Position numbers and translations under genes: made by a program. Positions 42,295-53,015 of a stretch of DNA of 64,000 nt are shown in pieces. This stretch comes from an uncultured Bacteroidales bacterium (GTDB lineage: Bacteria; Bacteroidota; Bacteroidia; Bacteroidales; FEN-979), in contig CAWAVC010000025.1 in the NCBI GenBank assembly GCA_963785325.1, positions 202,051 through 266,050 on the forward strand, written 5' to 3'. The notes beneath the pieces were generated by a model, which was not told the DNA's origin, made no database searches, and worked only from the letters and a program-made list of their open reading frames with translations. Positions within the stretch are counted from its first letter, which is position 1; each line of letters opens with the position of its first letter.

Positions 42295-44560
42295 CTAGAA
42301 CCTGAATCCAACTATGGTGACCCCCGCTCCACCGTGCTCAAGTTCCTCATCCCCGAATTTCTTAACCTCCTTAACACTTGCAAGAATAATCCCTCGTGAC
42401 CTGTCGGAGGACTCCATTTCCTTTACCGTGCAGGATCCTGACTTCGGGAATGTTCAGGAGAATGGCGTCATCAATGTACTTCTGCAATAAGGCGTGGGCT
42501 TCGTCGGCCCGTTTCCCTCTCAAATCCAGTGTGAGCTCAAAATGAAGAAGCTTCCTCTGAAGATCGTCATAAAACGACTGATAGGGTCCGCGGGTAGTGG
42601 TGACCGCCGACTGTTTCGGGATCAGTGGTACAAACTTTTTCCCCTTTTGATCCTTTTTATCTTCTTTAGGAGCATCCTGTTCAATCCTGGCTTTTAGTTC
42701 CTGGATTTCCTGTCTCACTTCTTTTGTCCGGTTTTTATCTGCCTGGCTCTCCCTGATCTCTTTAATGGTCTTTTCAATGAGGCGGTTTGATTCATTCAAT
42801 ATATTAAGGGCTTCCTCCTTCGCCTTCCGGAGGATTTCTTTTTGTGAGATTTCCAGTTCTTCTTTCAGTCTGGTATATTTGGTGATCATCTCATTCAGAA
42901 ACTCATCTGCCACTTTAATTTCTGTGGATTTCTGTATCAGTTCTGTCTTTTCAGCTTCCAGGTTTTGGAGTTCCCGGTCGAAATCAAGCTGACTGGTCCC
43001 GGTCTTACCGGCAGCAGCCTTAAGCACCTTTGATGGAAATCCGATCTGACGTGCAATCTCAAAAGCAAATGAACTTCCGGGTTTGCCAATCTTTAACAGA
43101 TACAGCGGCTTCATTTTTACGGTGTCATATAGCATGGCACCATTAGCAATCCCGGGGGTCTTCCCGGCCAGAAGTTTAAGGTTTGAATAATGGGTGGTGA
43201 CCAGCCCGAATGCGTTTTTACGGTTCATCTCCTCAAGACTGGCTTCGGCTATAGGACCACCCAGGGCGGGATCGGTACCGGTTCCGAATTCATCGATCAG
43301 GAAAAGAGAATTTTCATCCAGGTGTTCAAGGAAAAATTTCAGGTTCAGCAACTTTGAAGTATAGGTGCTGAGGTCATTTTCGAGAGATTGTTCATCACCG
43401 ATATCGATGAAGATATTCCTGAAAACGCCAAAGACAGAATCTTCCTTTGAAGAAGGCAGCATCCCGCATTGAAACATATACTGTAACAATCCTGCTGTTT
43501 TGAGACAAACCGACTTACCGCCGGCATTCGGGCCTGAGATGATCAGAATCCTGTTCTCAGTATCCAGCTCGATGGAGAGTGGCACGACCTTTTTTTTCTG
43601 TCGCTGATGAGCAATGTACAGGAGAGGGTGAACTGCTTCTCTCCAATGAATAAGTGGCTTTTCTGAAAGAGTAGCAGGCAGTATTCCGTTGATCCGGATT
43701 GCCATCATGGCCTTGGCACGGATAAAGTCTATGGTTCCCAGGAAGTTGTATGCACGGATCAGTTCCCCGCAGCTTGGCCTGAGGCTATCGGTAAAGTCAG
43801 TCAGGATGTGGATAATCTCTCTGCGTTCAGCATAATCTAATTCACGAATCTCGTTATTGGTTTCAAGAACATCTGCAGGCTCAAGGTAAACGGTTTGCCC
43901 CGTAGCTGATTCGTCATGAACAAATCCCTGTAGTTTTCTTTTATGAGTACTTAATATTGGGATGACGAGTCTTCCGTCGCGCAAGGTCAATTCTGCATTT
44001 TCAGGAGTCCAGCCTGAATGCCTGGCCAGTTTCAGGTTCTGGGCAATCTTTTTTTCCACTGTCGCCAGCTTCGATCTTTTTTCCTTCCTGATCTTCTTCA
44101 AAGCTGCCGATGCCTCGTCCCTGACCTGCGATTTTTCGTCGATGATCCTGTCTATTCCCCTGATCAACTCCTTGTCGATGCTTATCTCTCCGCAGAGTAA
44201 GGAAAGATAAGGAAAATCATCCTCCGGATGCTTCCGGAAGAAATCAATGATCTGTGAGATGGAAGAGAGCGAAAGTTTCAGCAAGGATAGATTTTCAGGC
44301 TCGATAAATGTTCCTTCGATCCTTATCCTGAGTAGTTCAGAGGTCAGGTCATAATAATCCTGAGAAGGAAAATTTTCTTCCGATAAAAGGATGCGGCGCA
44401 ATTCCTCTGTCTGTCCCAGGAGCTGCCTGATCTCAGAAAGATCATCAGAAAACCCCATTTCCTCTGCATGGATTTTACCGGGACCGATACAGAATTCTTT
44501 CACAAGTTCCCGTATAGCATCAAATCCAATTTTCGATTCGAAATCAGAAGGAAAAACCAC
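42295..44560 (-). pseudogene. mutS2: endonuclease MutS2 with a frameshifted Smr-domain tail (or a sequencing error)
   Basis: Walker A GPNAGGKS and Smr motif ILHGKGNGVLRQ. After ...TRDY the conserved tail LASVKEVKKFGDEELEHGGAGVTIVGFRF continues in another frame down to a TAG inside a heptamer unit. The junction is near 42380-42392. Confidence 0.8.
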
Positions 44561-44590
44561 GATTAAAGTTTTGTGTAAAGGTACTATTTT

Positions 44591-44707
44591 ACTAGGTACT
44601 GGGTACTAGGTACTGGGTACTAGGTTCTGGGCACTGGGTACTGGGTGCTCTGGGTACTGGGTACTCTAGGTACTGGGTACTGGGTACTGGGTGCTGGGTA
44701 CTGGGTT
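44591..44707 (+). repeat. heptamer array GGGTACT/AGGTACT/GGGTGCT (5' arm of cassette D)
   Basis: Direct reading. Confidence 0.95.
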
Positions 44708-44765
44708 ATTAAATAAAAAATTCGTATTACTTTTTTGATTTTAGCCGATTAAGTTAATAAAAACC

Positions 44766-45140
44766 ATGAGCTATAAAAATCTTGAAATCTGGAAACTATC
44801 CAATGAACTGGTAAAAGAAATTCATCTGATGACAATAAATAAGCTACCTGGTTTCGAATTGTATGAAACAGGAAGCCAAATAAGGCGATCTAGTAAATCT
44901 GTGAAATCAAACATTGTTGAAGGCTATGGCAGACGAATATATAAACAAGAATATGTTCATTTTCTGATTATTGCAATTGCATCAAATGACGAAACGGTTG
45001 ATCATTTGGAAACGTTGTACATTACAGGTTCTTTAAAAGATGAGGTGTTATATCTTTCACTCACGTCAAAATATGAAAAACTCGGAAAAATGATTAATTC
45101 ATATATTGAAGCTGTAAAAAATGATTACAAAAAAAGATAA
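44766..45140 (+). CDS. four-helix-bundle protein (23S rRNA intervening-sequence protein / Avd-like family), divergent copy D
   Basis: LEIWKLSNELVKEIH...SQIRRSSKSVKSNIVEGYGR...FLIIAIASNDE has the family signature (W..a..l, Q..RAa.Si..NIaEG, a.gS..E). Confidence 0.8.
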   Translation: MSYKNLEIWKLSNELVKEIHLMTINKLPGFELYETGSQIRRSSKSVKSNIVEGYGRRIYKQEYVHFLIIAIASNDETVDHLETLYITGSLKDEVLYLSLTSKYEKLGKMINSYIEAVKNDYKKR

Positions 45141-45160
45141 TACCCAAGAACATAGAATCG

Positions 45161-45246
45161 AGCACCCAATACCCAGTACCTAGAGTACCCAGTACCCAGT
45201 ACCTAGTACCCAGAGTACCCAGTACCCAGAGCACCCAGTACCTAAC
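45161..45246 (-). repeat. inverted heptamer array (AGTACCC on +), 3' arm of cassette D
   Basis: AGTACCCAGTACCTAGTACCC is the perfect complement of GGGTACTAGGTACTGGGTACT in the 5' arm. Confidence 0.95.
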
Positions 45247-45252
45247 ACCTGA

Positions 45253-45284
45253 TTTGCTATTTAGGTATTTTGATACTACCTTTG
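45253..45284 (+). promoter_or_regulatory. Bacteroidota-type promoter TTTG-N20-TACCTTTG
   Basis: TTTG at 45253-45256 and TACCTTTG at 45277-45284, 23 nt upstream of the start codon. Confidence 0.55.
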
Positions 45285-45306
45285 CACGTTTTCGAAAATC
45301 CCGACC

Positions 45307-46853
45307 ATGAGTTTACGTCAAAAAAGAAATGACCTTAAAAAAAGAATGCAGGAAGCATTCAAAGGAGGTGGCGAGAAGGCTACCGAGAAACAAAAGGCAT
45401 CCGGGAAGATGACCGCCCGTGAGCGGATCGTCGAATTGCTCGATGCCGATTCGTTTCATGAGTACGATCTTTTTGTCAAGCATGCAGGGGTGGATTTCGA
45501 CATGGACAAAAAATATCTTCCGGGCGATGGGGTTATCACCGGCACCGGATCTATCGATTCACATCCTGTTTGTGTTTTCGCACAGGACTTCACCGTAGCG
45601 GGAGGATCTTTGGGTTATATGCATGCCAAGAAGATCGGCAAGATCATGGATCAGGCGATGAAGATGAAAGTGCCGCTCATCGGGATCAACGATTCCGGGG
45701 GCGCCCGTATCCAGGAAGGAGTAAATTCACTGGCCGGTTATGGCGAGATCTTTTACCGTAACACTCAGGCCTCCGGCGTCATCCCACAGATCTCGGTAAT
45801 CCTTGGTCCCTGTGCCGGCGGAGCAGTATACTCACCGGCCCTGACTGATTTTGTTTTTGTGGTGGACAAGATCTCGAAGATGTTCATCACCGGGCCCGAA
45901 GTGATCAAGACTGTTCTCGGCGAAGAGATCTCCATGGAAGATCTTGGAGGCGCACGGGTTCATGCTGAGATCACAGGAAATGCCCATTTCTTCGCAGAGA
46001 GTGAAATAGAATGTTTCGAACAGATCAAGAGACTGGTCAGCTTTATTCCCTGGAACAACGAAAAAAGAGCCGATACCTTTCCGAGTAAAGCCCCGAAATC
46101 AAGGCAGTACAAGATCGACCAGATCTTCCCGTCGATCAAATGCAGGCCTATGATGTCAGGGATATCATAAAAGCTATCTGCGACGACTCAGATTTCTTTG
46201 AAGTTCATGAACACTGGGCAGCCAATATCGTGGTCGGCTTTGCAAGGCTCGATGGACAGACCGTAGGGTTTGTCGCCAACCAGCCCATGGTGCTTGCGGG
46301 AGTGCTCGATGTCGATTCATCAGATAAAGCCGCTCGTTTTATCAGGTTCTGCGATGCATTCAATATTCCACTTGTGACCTTTGTCGACCTTCCCGGTTAC
46401 CTTCCAGGCGTTGACCAGGAATATGCCGGTGTTATCCGTCACGGTGCCAAAGTACTTTATGCTTATTCCGAAGCTACCGTTCCAAAGATGACTGTGATTC
46501 TCCGTAAGGCTTATGGAGGAGGATATATCGCTATGTGTTCCCATCACCTTAAAGCTGATTTTGTGTTTGCCTGGCCTACCGCAGAAATTGCAGTCATGGG
46601 ACCTGAGGGAGCAGCCAATATCATCTTCAGGAATGAAATAAAAGCTGCGGAGAATCCTGAAGAGACCCGTAAAAAACTGATCGAGGATTATCGTAGTAAA
46701 TTTGCAAACCCCTATGTAGCTGCAGCTTATGGATATGTTGATGCAGTAATTTTACCGTCGGAAACCCGTGGTTTTCTTATCCATTCACTCAGCATAGCTG
46801 CCAACAAGGGTGAGGCAAGGCCAAAGAAGAAACATGGAATTCCTCCATTTTAA
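45307..46853 (+). pseudogene. acyl-CoA carboxylase carboxyltransferase (PccB / methylmalonyl-CoA decarboxylase alpha / transcarboxylase 12S type), split by a 1-nt indel (or a sequencing error)
   Basis: GKMTARERI, DFTVAGGSLG and SVILGPCAGGAVYSPA in ORF1. YDVRDII, VGFVANQP and AYGGGYIAM in ORF2. The frames overlap at 46089-46170, with a CCCC run at 46091-46094. Confidence 0.85.
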
Positions 46854-46968
46854 ATGGTGAATGGTGAAAAAGGTACTGGGTACTAGGTACTGGGTGCTGG
46901 GTACTGGGTGCTGGGTACTGGGTACTAGGTACTGGGTGCTGGGTTCTGGGTACTGGGTACTGGGTTTT
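46854..46968 (+). repeat. mosaic array GGTGAAT x2, then GGGTACT/GGGTGCT/AGGTACT
   Basis: Direct reading. Starts at the stop codon. Confidence 0.95.
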
Positions 46969-47016
46969 TGTTTTCTTACTTTGTGACTTTTTAATGCTAC
47001 AATTAAATTAACAATT

Positions 47017-47343
47017 ATGGATAACGAATACCAAGAGCCTGAATATAAAATCTTTAATTTCGAGGAAGGTCAATACCAGACTACCTTTACCAAAAAGTTC
47101 CTGAACCGGAAAGTGTATGTTGCTCCTGATCCTAAAAAGGTTTTTGCTTTCATCCCGGGAACTATTGTGAAGGTTTACGTTAAAGAAAGACACCGGGTGA
47201 AGAAAGGAGATCCCCTGCTCACTTTCCAGGCTATGAAGATGAATAACATTCTCACCGCTCCCATAGATGGTCGTATCAAGAAGATCAGTGTCAAGGTTGG
47301 CGATTGCTTCCCAAAATCGCAGATACTGGTGGAGTTCAGTTAA
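47017..47343 (+). CDS. biotin carboxyl carrier (biotinyl domain) protein
   Basis: LLTFQAMKMNNILTAPIDG contains the AMKM biotinylation motif. Confidence 0.8.
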   Translation: MDNEYQEPEYKIFNFEEGQYQTTFTKKFLNRKVYVAPDPKKVFAFIPGTIVKVYVKERHRVKKGDPLLTFQAMKMNNILTAPIDGRIKKISVKVGDCFPKSQILVEFS

Positions 47344-47482
47344 TAAATGGCGAAAATCGTGACGCGAAAAAATGGTGAATGGTGAATAGTGAGTGGTGAG
47401 TAGTGAGAAGACTAACACAATTGAAAAAAATGGTGTTTGTCTTTTTACCATTCACTTGTCTGCTTGTTCGCGACAGGAATTT

Positions 47483-47513
47483 TTTGTGGATTAATGAATA
47501 ATAATTATCTTTG
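47483..47513 (+). promoter_or_regulatory. Bacteroidota-type promoter TTTG-N19-TATCTTTG for rpsT
   Basis: TTTG at 47483-47486 and TATCTTTG at 47506-47513. Confidence 0.55.
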
Positions 47514-47545
47514 CAACCCTAAAAAAATTAAGACCCTTTAAAAAG

Positions 47546-47821
47546 ATGGCAAATCACAAGAGTTCAAAAAAACGAATCCGTTCAACCGAAACAAAAAAAG
47601 CACAAAACCGTTACCAGGCCAAGACTATAAGGAATTCTGTTAAAAAAATGAGAGCCACGACTGAAAAGGAAGAAGTCGTGAAGAGTCTTCCTGATGTGGT
47701 TTCTCATCTGGATAAGCTTGCAAAGAAAAATGTGATCCATAAGAATAAGGCGGCTAACCTGAAGTCGAAGATGATGAAGAAGGCGAACTCAGTGTCGAAG
47801 GTCGTGACGGAAAATTCGTGA
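47546..47821 (+). CDS. rpsT: 30S ribosomal protein S20
   Basis: [29 protein letters not shown]..., basic, 91 aa. Confidence 0.9.
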   Translation: MANHKSSKKRIRSTETKKAQNRYQAKTIRNSVKKMRATTEKEEVVKSLPDVVSHLDKLAKKNVIHKNKAANLKSKMMKKANSVSKVVTENS

Positions 47822-47857
47822 CGTGTGACACGAAGAGCCCCACCCCCGTCCCCTCCC

Positions 47858-49366
47858 CATTCGGGGCGTAATGGCGCTAACATAATATAATTATTATTAT
47901 CTTTGGCAAATAATTAAAACCAAAGATTATGACACCAAACCAATCATTAGAACGGAGCAACCAATTAAGAAAGTTCTTTAGAGCAGACTATTTTCAAGGG
48001 ATGTACAGTGTTTTTCCATTTGAAGTAATAGAACAGTTTGATACTTCAGGTACCAGGGATAGAGTATATAGTTGCGAAAACACGATCTTGACTATGGTAT
48101 ACTCTTCCACCCAAACAGATAAGACACTCCAAAATTCAGTAAACATTTTTAGCAAGATTCATCAAAACCAATCCGTGCGAATAATTAATGAAGCGGGAGC
48201 AGCAATTGAGCGGGAGAAAATGGAGGATTTGAGAAACGTTGAAGTTCGTAGAGGTCCAAAGAAAAAGTACAAGGTAAAAGTACCCAAAAGTAAAATTTCT
48301 GAAATATCAGTCAATACTGCAGGATATTCAAAAGCACGGAAGCGGATAAAATTCGAATTATTTCAGGAAATATTTAATAAAACAAAAGAGAATGACAGTT
48401 CAACGGCATTATGGCACGGAAAGAGAACTTTCATAACAGATGGCACTTATGTTCAAATGCAAGACACGGAGGAACTTCGAAAGATTTACAATGTCAACCA
48501 CAATGATGAAGAACATAAAGATAGCTATCCTCAGGGCCTGATACAGGCCATAATAGAACAAGGCAGTGGATTTATTCATGATTATACTTTATCAGACAGA
48601 CATTCCTCAGAGTTGTTCTTGATTTACCAATTAATAAAAAGTATTCCAAAGGATTGTTTTTTGCTGGCTGATGATTTGTATAACTGTTATGCAATATTTG
48701 CATTGGCCAGGAAACAAGGCTTTGATCTGATTGTTCCGGGCAAAAGAGTGAAAAATTATACTGTTTTAAAAGTGCTCGCTAAAGGGGATGAAATAGTTGA
48801 AGTGCAAAAGAGAGAGCATCCGAAATGGTTACCCAAGAGTGAAATTTTACCGGCGAAATTGTTACTTAGAAGATTGTCTTTTCTTTCTCCTGATGGTGCT
48901 ACTACACTGGTTATATACACTACATGGATGGATAAGAATATTCCTGCAAGTGAAATAATCCTAAAATATTTTACACGATGGGACATTGAAATAACAATAC
49001 GTGAAATAAAAACAATAATGGATGTCAATGTACTTAGAGGAAAAACGGATGATATTGTCAAAAAGGAGCTTATTTCGGCATTCATTGCCTATAACCTGAT
49101 AAAAAAGATAATAATGCAGTCAACCGAAAAGACTGCTTTTTCCCCCGAAAGAGATATCATTCAAGAATTCTTTGAGAACAATAAGGACATTCTTATTGAC
49201 AGAAAAGGTAGAGTTTACACCAGATGGTCTCCAGGTAGATATGGTAAAACTGGGAAAAGAAATCCTTAAGCATGTTATTAAAAGAAAACAAGGCAGACAA
49301 TACCCAAGAAGAACAAAAAAAGGTGCTTATAGAAAATACAAATAATAAGTTATGTTAGCGCCATTA
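47858..49366 (+). mobile_element. IS4-family insertion sequence inserted into a C-rich/G-rich hairpin element
   Basis: Perfect 17-bp IRs TAATGGCGCTAACATAA (47868-47884, and 49350-49366 inverted). TCCCC is present on both sides (47853-47857, 49367-49371). Whether the left boundary is 47858 or 47868 is uncertain. An internal TATCTTTG box lies at 47897-47904. Confidence 0.75.
47929..49269 (+). CDS. IS4-family DDE transposase
   Basis: FITDGTYVQM, FLLADDLYNCY and YFTRWDIEITIREIKT (Y-R-E-K signature). Confidence 0.8.
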   Translation: MTPNQSLERSNQLRKFFRADYFQGMYSVFPFEVIEQFDTSGTRDRVYSCENTILTMVYSSTQTDKTLQNSVNIFSKIHQNQSVRIINEAGAAIEREKMEDLRNVEVRRGPKKKYKVKVPKSKISEISVNTAGYSKARKRIKFELFQEIFNKTKENDSSTALWHGKRTFITDGTYVQMQDTEELRKIYNVNHNDEEHKDSYPQGLIQAIIEQGSGFIHDYTLSDRHSSELFLIYQLIKSIPKDCFLLADDLYNCYAIFALARKQGFDLIVPGKRVKNYTVLKVLAKGDEIVEVQKREHPKWLPKSEILPAKLLLRRLSFLSPDGATTLVIYTTWMDKNIPASEIILKYFTRWDIEITIREIKTIMDVNVLRGKTDDIVKKELISAFIAYNLIKKIIMQSTEKTAFSPERDIIQEFFENNKDILIDRKGRVYTRWSPGRYGKTGKRNP

Positions 49367-49499
49367 TCCCCCAAGAGGGAGGGGAGAAGCGAAAAGTGTT
49401 AAGTTTTAAGTGTTAAGTCATTAGGTTATTAGTTATTAATGACTATTTTGTGACTTTTCCCACGTCACGATTAAAATCCCAACCGGACAAACAAATTTC

Positions 49500-50363
49500 A
49501 TGGACGAACCTGTTGAAATAACCAGGAACTTTATTGATGTAAAGTCTCTATTTGCGGCTAAAAACCCACGGCTGCTAAAAATCATCCCTGGTTTTATTTT
49601 TTCCCTCATCAAGAAAATCGTTCACCAGGATACCATTAATGGTTATATTTATAAACATCGTGATAAATCCGGGCTTACTTTTGTAAGTGCGATGCTTCAG
49701 GAGTTCGGAGTGAAGCTGGTAGTTATGAAAAGCTCCGGAGCAATTATTGAGGGTGACAATCTGCGAAGTATTATCCCTCCTTACGGAGGATATATTCTCG
49801 CATCCAATCACCCGCTGGGGGCATTAGACGGTCTCGCGCTGCTGCATATTGCAGGACTATCGCGCCCGGATGTAGTTTTTCCTGTTAATGACCTACTGAT
49901 GTTCGTCCCCGGCCTGAAGCCGCTCTTCATCCCGATCAATAAACATGGAAAGAATACAGAAAATATAGAGATCATCCACCAGACCTTTGCCTCCAAAAGG
50001 ACTATCCTTTACTTTCCTGCAGGACTGGTGTCGAGAAAACAAAAAGGAGGTAAGATCCATGACCCCGAATGGAAAAAGACCTTTGTCACACAGGCCAAGC
50101 AGTACCAGCGTGATATAATCCCTGTCTATATCTCGGGACGAAATACCAATTTCTTTTATAACCTTGCCAACCTGAGGAAAAAGCTGAGGATCAAAAGCAA
50201 TATCGAGATGATCCTTCTTCCCGATGAGATGCTCCGGCAGAATGATAAGACCATCCGGCTGATCTTCGGAGAACCTATCTCATGGACTTCATTCGATAGT
50301 TCGCATTCCGATACGGAATGGGGACGGATTATCATGGAGAAAGTCTATGAGATGGGGAGTTAG
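49500..50363 (+). CDS. lysophospholipid/PlsC-type O-acyltransferase (OlsA/GlsA-like)
   Basis: ILASNHPLGALDG acyltransferase motif and FPAGLVSR. Paired with the next gene. Confidence 0.55.
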   Translation: MDEPVEITRNFIDVKSLFAAKNPRLLKIIPGFIFSLIKKIVHQDTINGYIYKHRDKSGLTFVSAMLQEFGVKLVVMKSSGAIIEGDNLRSIIPPYGGYILASNHPLGALDGLALLHIAGLSRPDVVFPVNDLLMFVPGLKPLFIPINKHGKNTENIEIIHQTFASKRTILYFPAGLVSRKQKGGKIHDPEWKKTFVTQAKQYQRDIIPVYISGRNTNFFYNLANLRKKLRIKSNIEMILLPDEMLRQNDKTIRLIFGEPISWTSFDSSHSDTEWGRIIMEKVYEMGS

Positions 50364-50468
50364 TGAAAGAGTGACAGAAACAGAGTCACAAAGTCACAAA
50401 GTCACAAAGTCACAAAGCGGACGGGCGACAAGCGGACAATTTGTAATTACAAATTACGAATTACGAAA
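50363..50468 (+). repeat. mosaic array: AAGTCACA x4, CAAGCGGA, AATTACG units
   Basis: Direct reading. Confidence 0.9.
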
Positions 50469-50700
50469 ACATTTTAGATTAACGATTACAATGTCCTTAT
50501 AATATTCCCGTTAATGTTATGAAATATTAATATTTGGATTTCTGCATTGTTTTTTTATTTCTTACTTTTGAAATCGTGACGCGAAACAATGACCCACCCC
50601 CTGCCCCTCCCCCAAGAGGGAGGGAGAGATGAAGGGAGAATATTGCGACGCGAATATCGAAATTCGTAATTTCAATTGTTATTCGTAATTCGTAATTTTT
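50440..50700. repeat. MITE-like palindromic element with AATTACG-array arms and a central C/G hairpin
   Basis: AATTACGAATTACGAA at 50452-50467 is perfectly complementary to 50682-50697. The centre carries CCCCTCCCCCAAGAGGGAGGGA (about 50604-50625). No ORF. Confidence 0.6.
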
Positions 50701-50707
50701 TACTGCC

Positions 50708-51685
50708 ATGGAACCAATCATTCCCCCGTTAGAGAAGGCATTGCTGGAAGAGGAGATTGCCGAGGCTGATTTCGTGCGCAATACCAACAACGGTCACAAC
50801 AAGATTTATATCTTCACGGCGCACAGCTCGCCAAACCTGATGCGTGAAGTCGGCAGGCTCAGGGAAGAGACCTTTCGTGATGCAGGCGGCGGTACGGGTA
50901 AATCCATTGATATTGATGAATATGATACGGCAGAGAAGCCCTTTGTCCAGCTTATCGTCTGGAACCCATTTGAGAAGGAAATCATCGGAGGTTACCGGTT
51001 CATTTATGGAAAAGACATTCCCTGCAATAAGGATGGAGCACTGAACAGCGCCACGGCTGAACTTTTTAATTATTCAGACCACTTCATCCGCGATTATCTT
51101 CCTATATCCATCGAGCTAGGACGGTCGTTCGTTCAGACCGAGTACCAACCCACGGTGAACCTGAAAAAAGGGTTGTATTCACTGGATAACCTCTGGGATG
51201 GGCTTGGCGCCATGGTTATCGATAATTCAGATATTCAATATTTTTTTGGTAAGATGACTATGTACCCCGACTATAACCGGGTTGCAAGGGATATCATCCT
51301 CTATTTTCTGAAGATCTATTTTCCCGATCATGAACAACTGATGACGCCGAAAGAACCGGTTACCCTGGAGACAGATGAAGAATACCTGAAAAGCCTTTTT
51401 ACCGGTAAAGATTACAACGAAAACTACAAGATCCTGGTTCATGAGATCCGCGGCCATAATGAGGGCATCCCACCGCTCGTCAATGCATACATGAACCTTT
51501 CTCCTACCATGATTACTTTTGGCACGGCCATTAACCGTGATTTCGGGGATGTGGAAGAGACGGGTATCATGATCAGGATCCCTGATATCTATCCGGGGAA
51601 AAAGGAAAGACATCTGATGACATATATACGGAGGTTCTCATCGTGGACGAGTATCAAGCTGGAGGAGGAAGAGAGAAAGTCGTGA
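50708..51685 (+). CDS. GNAT-fold N-acyltransferase of the OlsB/GlsB (hemolysin-like) type
   Basis: [24 protein letters not shown] motif is typical of lipid amino-acid N-acyltransferases. Adjacent to a PlsC-type gene. Confidence 0.55.
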   Translation: MEPIIPPLEKALLEEEIAEADFVRNTNNGHNKIYIFTAHSSPNLMREVGRLREETFRDAGGGTGKSIDIDEYDTAEKPFVQLIVWNPFEKEIIGGYRFIYGKDIPCNKDGALNSATAELFNYSDHFIRDYLPISIELGRSFVQTEYQPTVNLKKGLYSLDNLWDGLGAMVIDNSDIQYFFGKMTMYPDYNRVARDIILYFLKIYFPDHEQLMTPKEPVTLETDEEYLKSLFTGKDYNENYKILVHEIRGHNEGIPPLVNAYMNLSPTMITFGTAINRDFGDVEETGIMIRIPDIYPGKKERHLMTYIRRFSSWTSIKLEEEERKS

Positions 51686-52245
51686 TGCGTGACGCGGAAA
51701 AGAGTGAGAGGTGAGAGGTGAGAGGTGAGAGGTGAGAGGTGAGAGGTGAGAGGTGAGAGGTGAGAGGTGAGTGGTGAGAGGTGAGAGGTGAGAAGTGAGA
51801 AGTGAGTGGTGAGTGGTGAGAGGTGAGTGGTGAGAAGTGAGTGGTGAGTGGTGAGAGGTGAGAGGTGAGAGGTGAGAAGTGAGAGGTGAGAGGTGAGAGG
51901 TGAGAAGTGAGTGGTGAGTGGTGAGTGGTGAGAGGTGAGAGGTGAGAGGTGAGAGGTGAGAGGTGAGAGGTGAGAGGTGAGAGGTGAGAGGTGAGAGGTG
52001 AGAGGTGAGAGGTGAGAGGTGAGAGGTGAGTGGTGAGAGGTGAGAGGTGAGAGGTGAGAAGTGAGTGGTGAGAGGTGAGAGGTGAGAGGTGAGAGGTGAG
52101 AGGTGAGTGGTGAGTGGTGAGAAGTGAGAGGTGAGAAGTGAGAGGTGAGATGTGAGATGTGAAATGTGAGATGTGAAAGGTGAGAAGTGAATGGAAGATG
52201 GAGGATGGAGGATGGAGGATGGAAAATGAAGAATTAAGAATGAAA
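51679..52245 (+). repeat. heptamer array, about 75 units of GGTGAGA/GGTGAGT/AGTGAGA, then GATGTGA and GGATGGA, GAATGAA
   Basis: Direct reading. The minus strand is open in three frames, which produces the artefactual ORF at 51654-52433. Confidence 0.97.
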
Positions 52246-52834
52246 ATGCAAATATTTACTGCGAGGTTTGTTTCGAGTAGTCCTTCACTGAAACTTTGTC
52301 CGATAGGCAATCTTCCGGAATTTGCTTTTATCGGGCGGTCGAACGTCGGGAAGTCTTCTTTGATCAATATGATCACCGGGAGCAGAGCCCTGGCAAAAGT
52401 ATCGGGCACTCCAGGGAAAACGCGGCTGATCAATCATTTTCTCATCAATGAGTCGTGGTATATGGTCGACCTTCCGGGATTCGGGTTTGCAAGGATATCC
52501 AAAGAAGAGAGCCGTAAGATAAGAATCATGATCGAGAGTTACCTGCTTCACCGTGATAGCCTTCGCCTTACCTTCTTACTCATCGATTCCCGCCACCTGC
52601 CACAAAAGAATGATCTTGAATTTATGGCCTGGCTTACGCGTAAACATATCCCCTTCGTCATCCTCTTCACCAAGGCCGACAAGATCACTAAAGCCCACCA
52701 TACAGATAATCCTTACCAGTACCGGAAAGCCCTCATCGAAATGCTGAAATATAGACCCTGAGTTTATTCTGACGTCAGCGGAAAAGAAGATGGGGGGAGA
52801 AGAAGTACTTAAGGTTGTTGAGAGGGAGAAGTAG
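52246..52834 (+). pseudogene. engB: ribosome-biogenesis GTPase EngB/YihA with a frameshifted C-terminus (or a sequencing error)
   Basis: G1 [18 protein letters not shown] and TKADK motifs. After ...EMLKY the conserved tail DPEFILTSAEKKMGGEEVLKVV continues in another frame. The junction is at 52748-52756. Confidence 0.8.
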
Positions 52835-52936
52835 TGAGAGGTGAGAAGTGAGAAGTGAATAGTGAATGGTGAGTGGTGAATGGAGAGCGGACGGGTGAAC
52901 AAGCGAACGAGCGGACGGGAGAAAATCGTGAATATT
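52834..52936 (+). repeat. mosaic array GGTGAGA, AGTGAAT, GAGCGGAC-type units
   Basis: Direct reading. Confidence 0.9.
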
Positions 52937-53015
52937 TGAAAAATTATTAACATTTTTTTGGAGAAGTTAATTTTTCGAGTAAATTTGTTACTCATTTTCA
53001 CGAGATCAATGCCTT

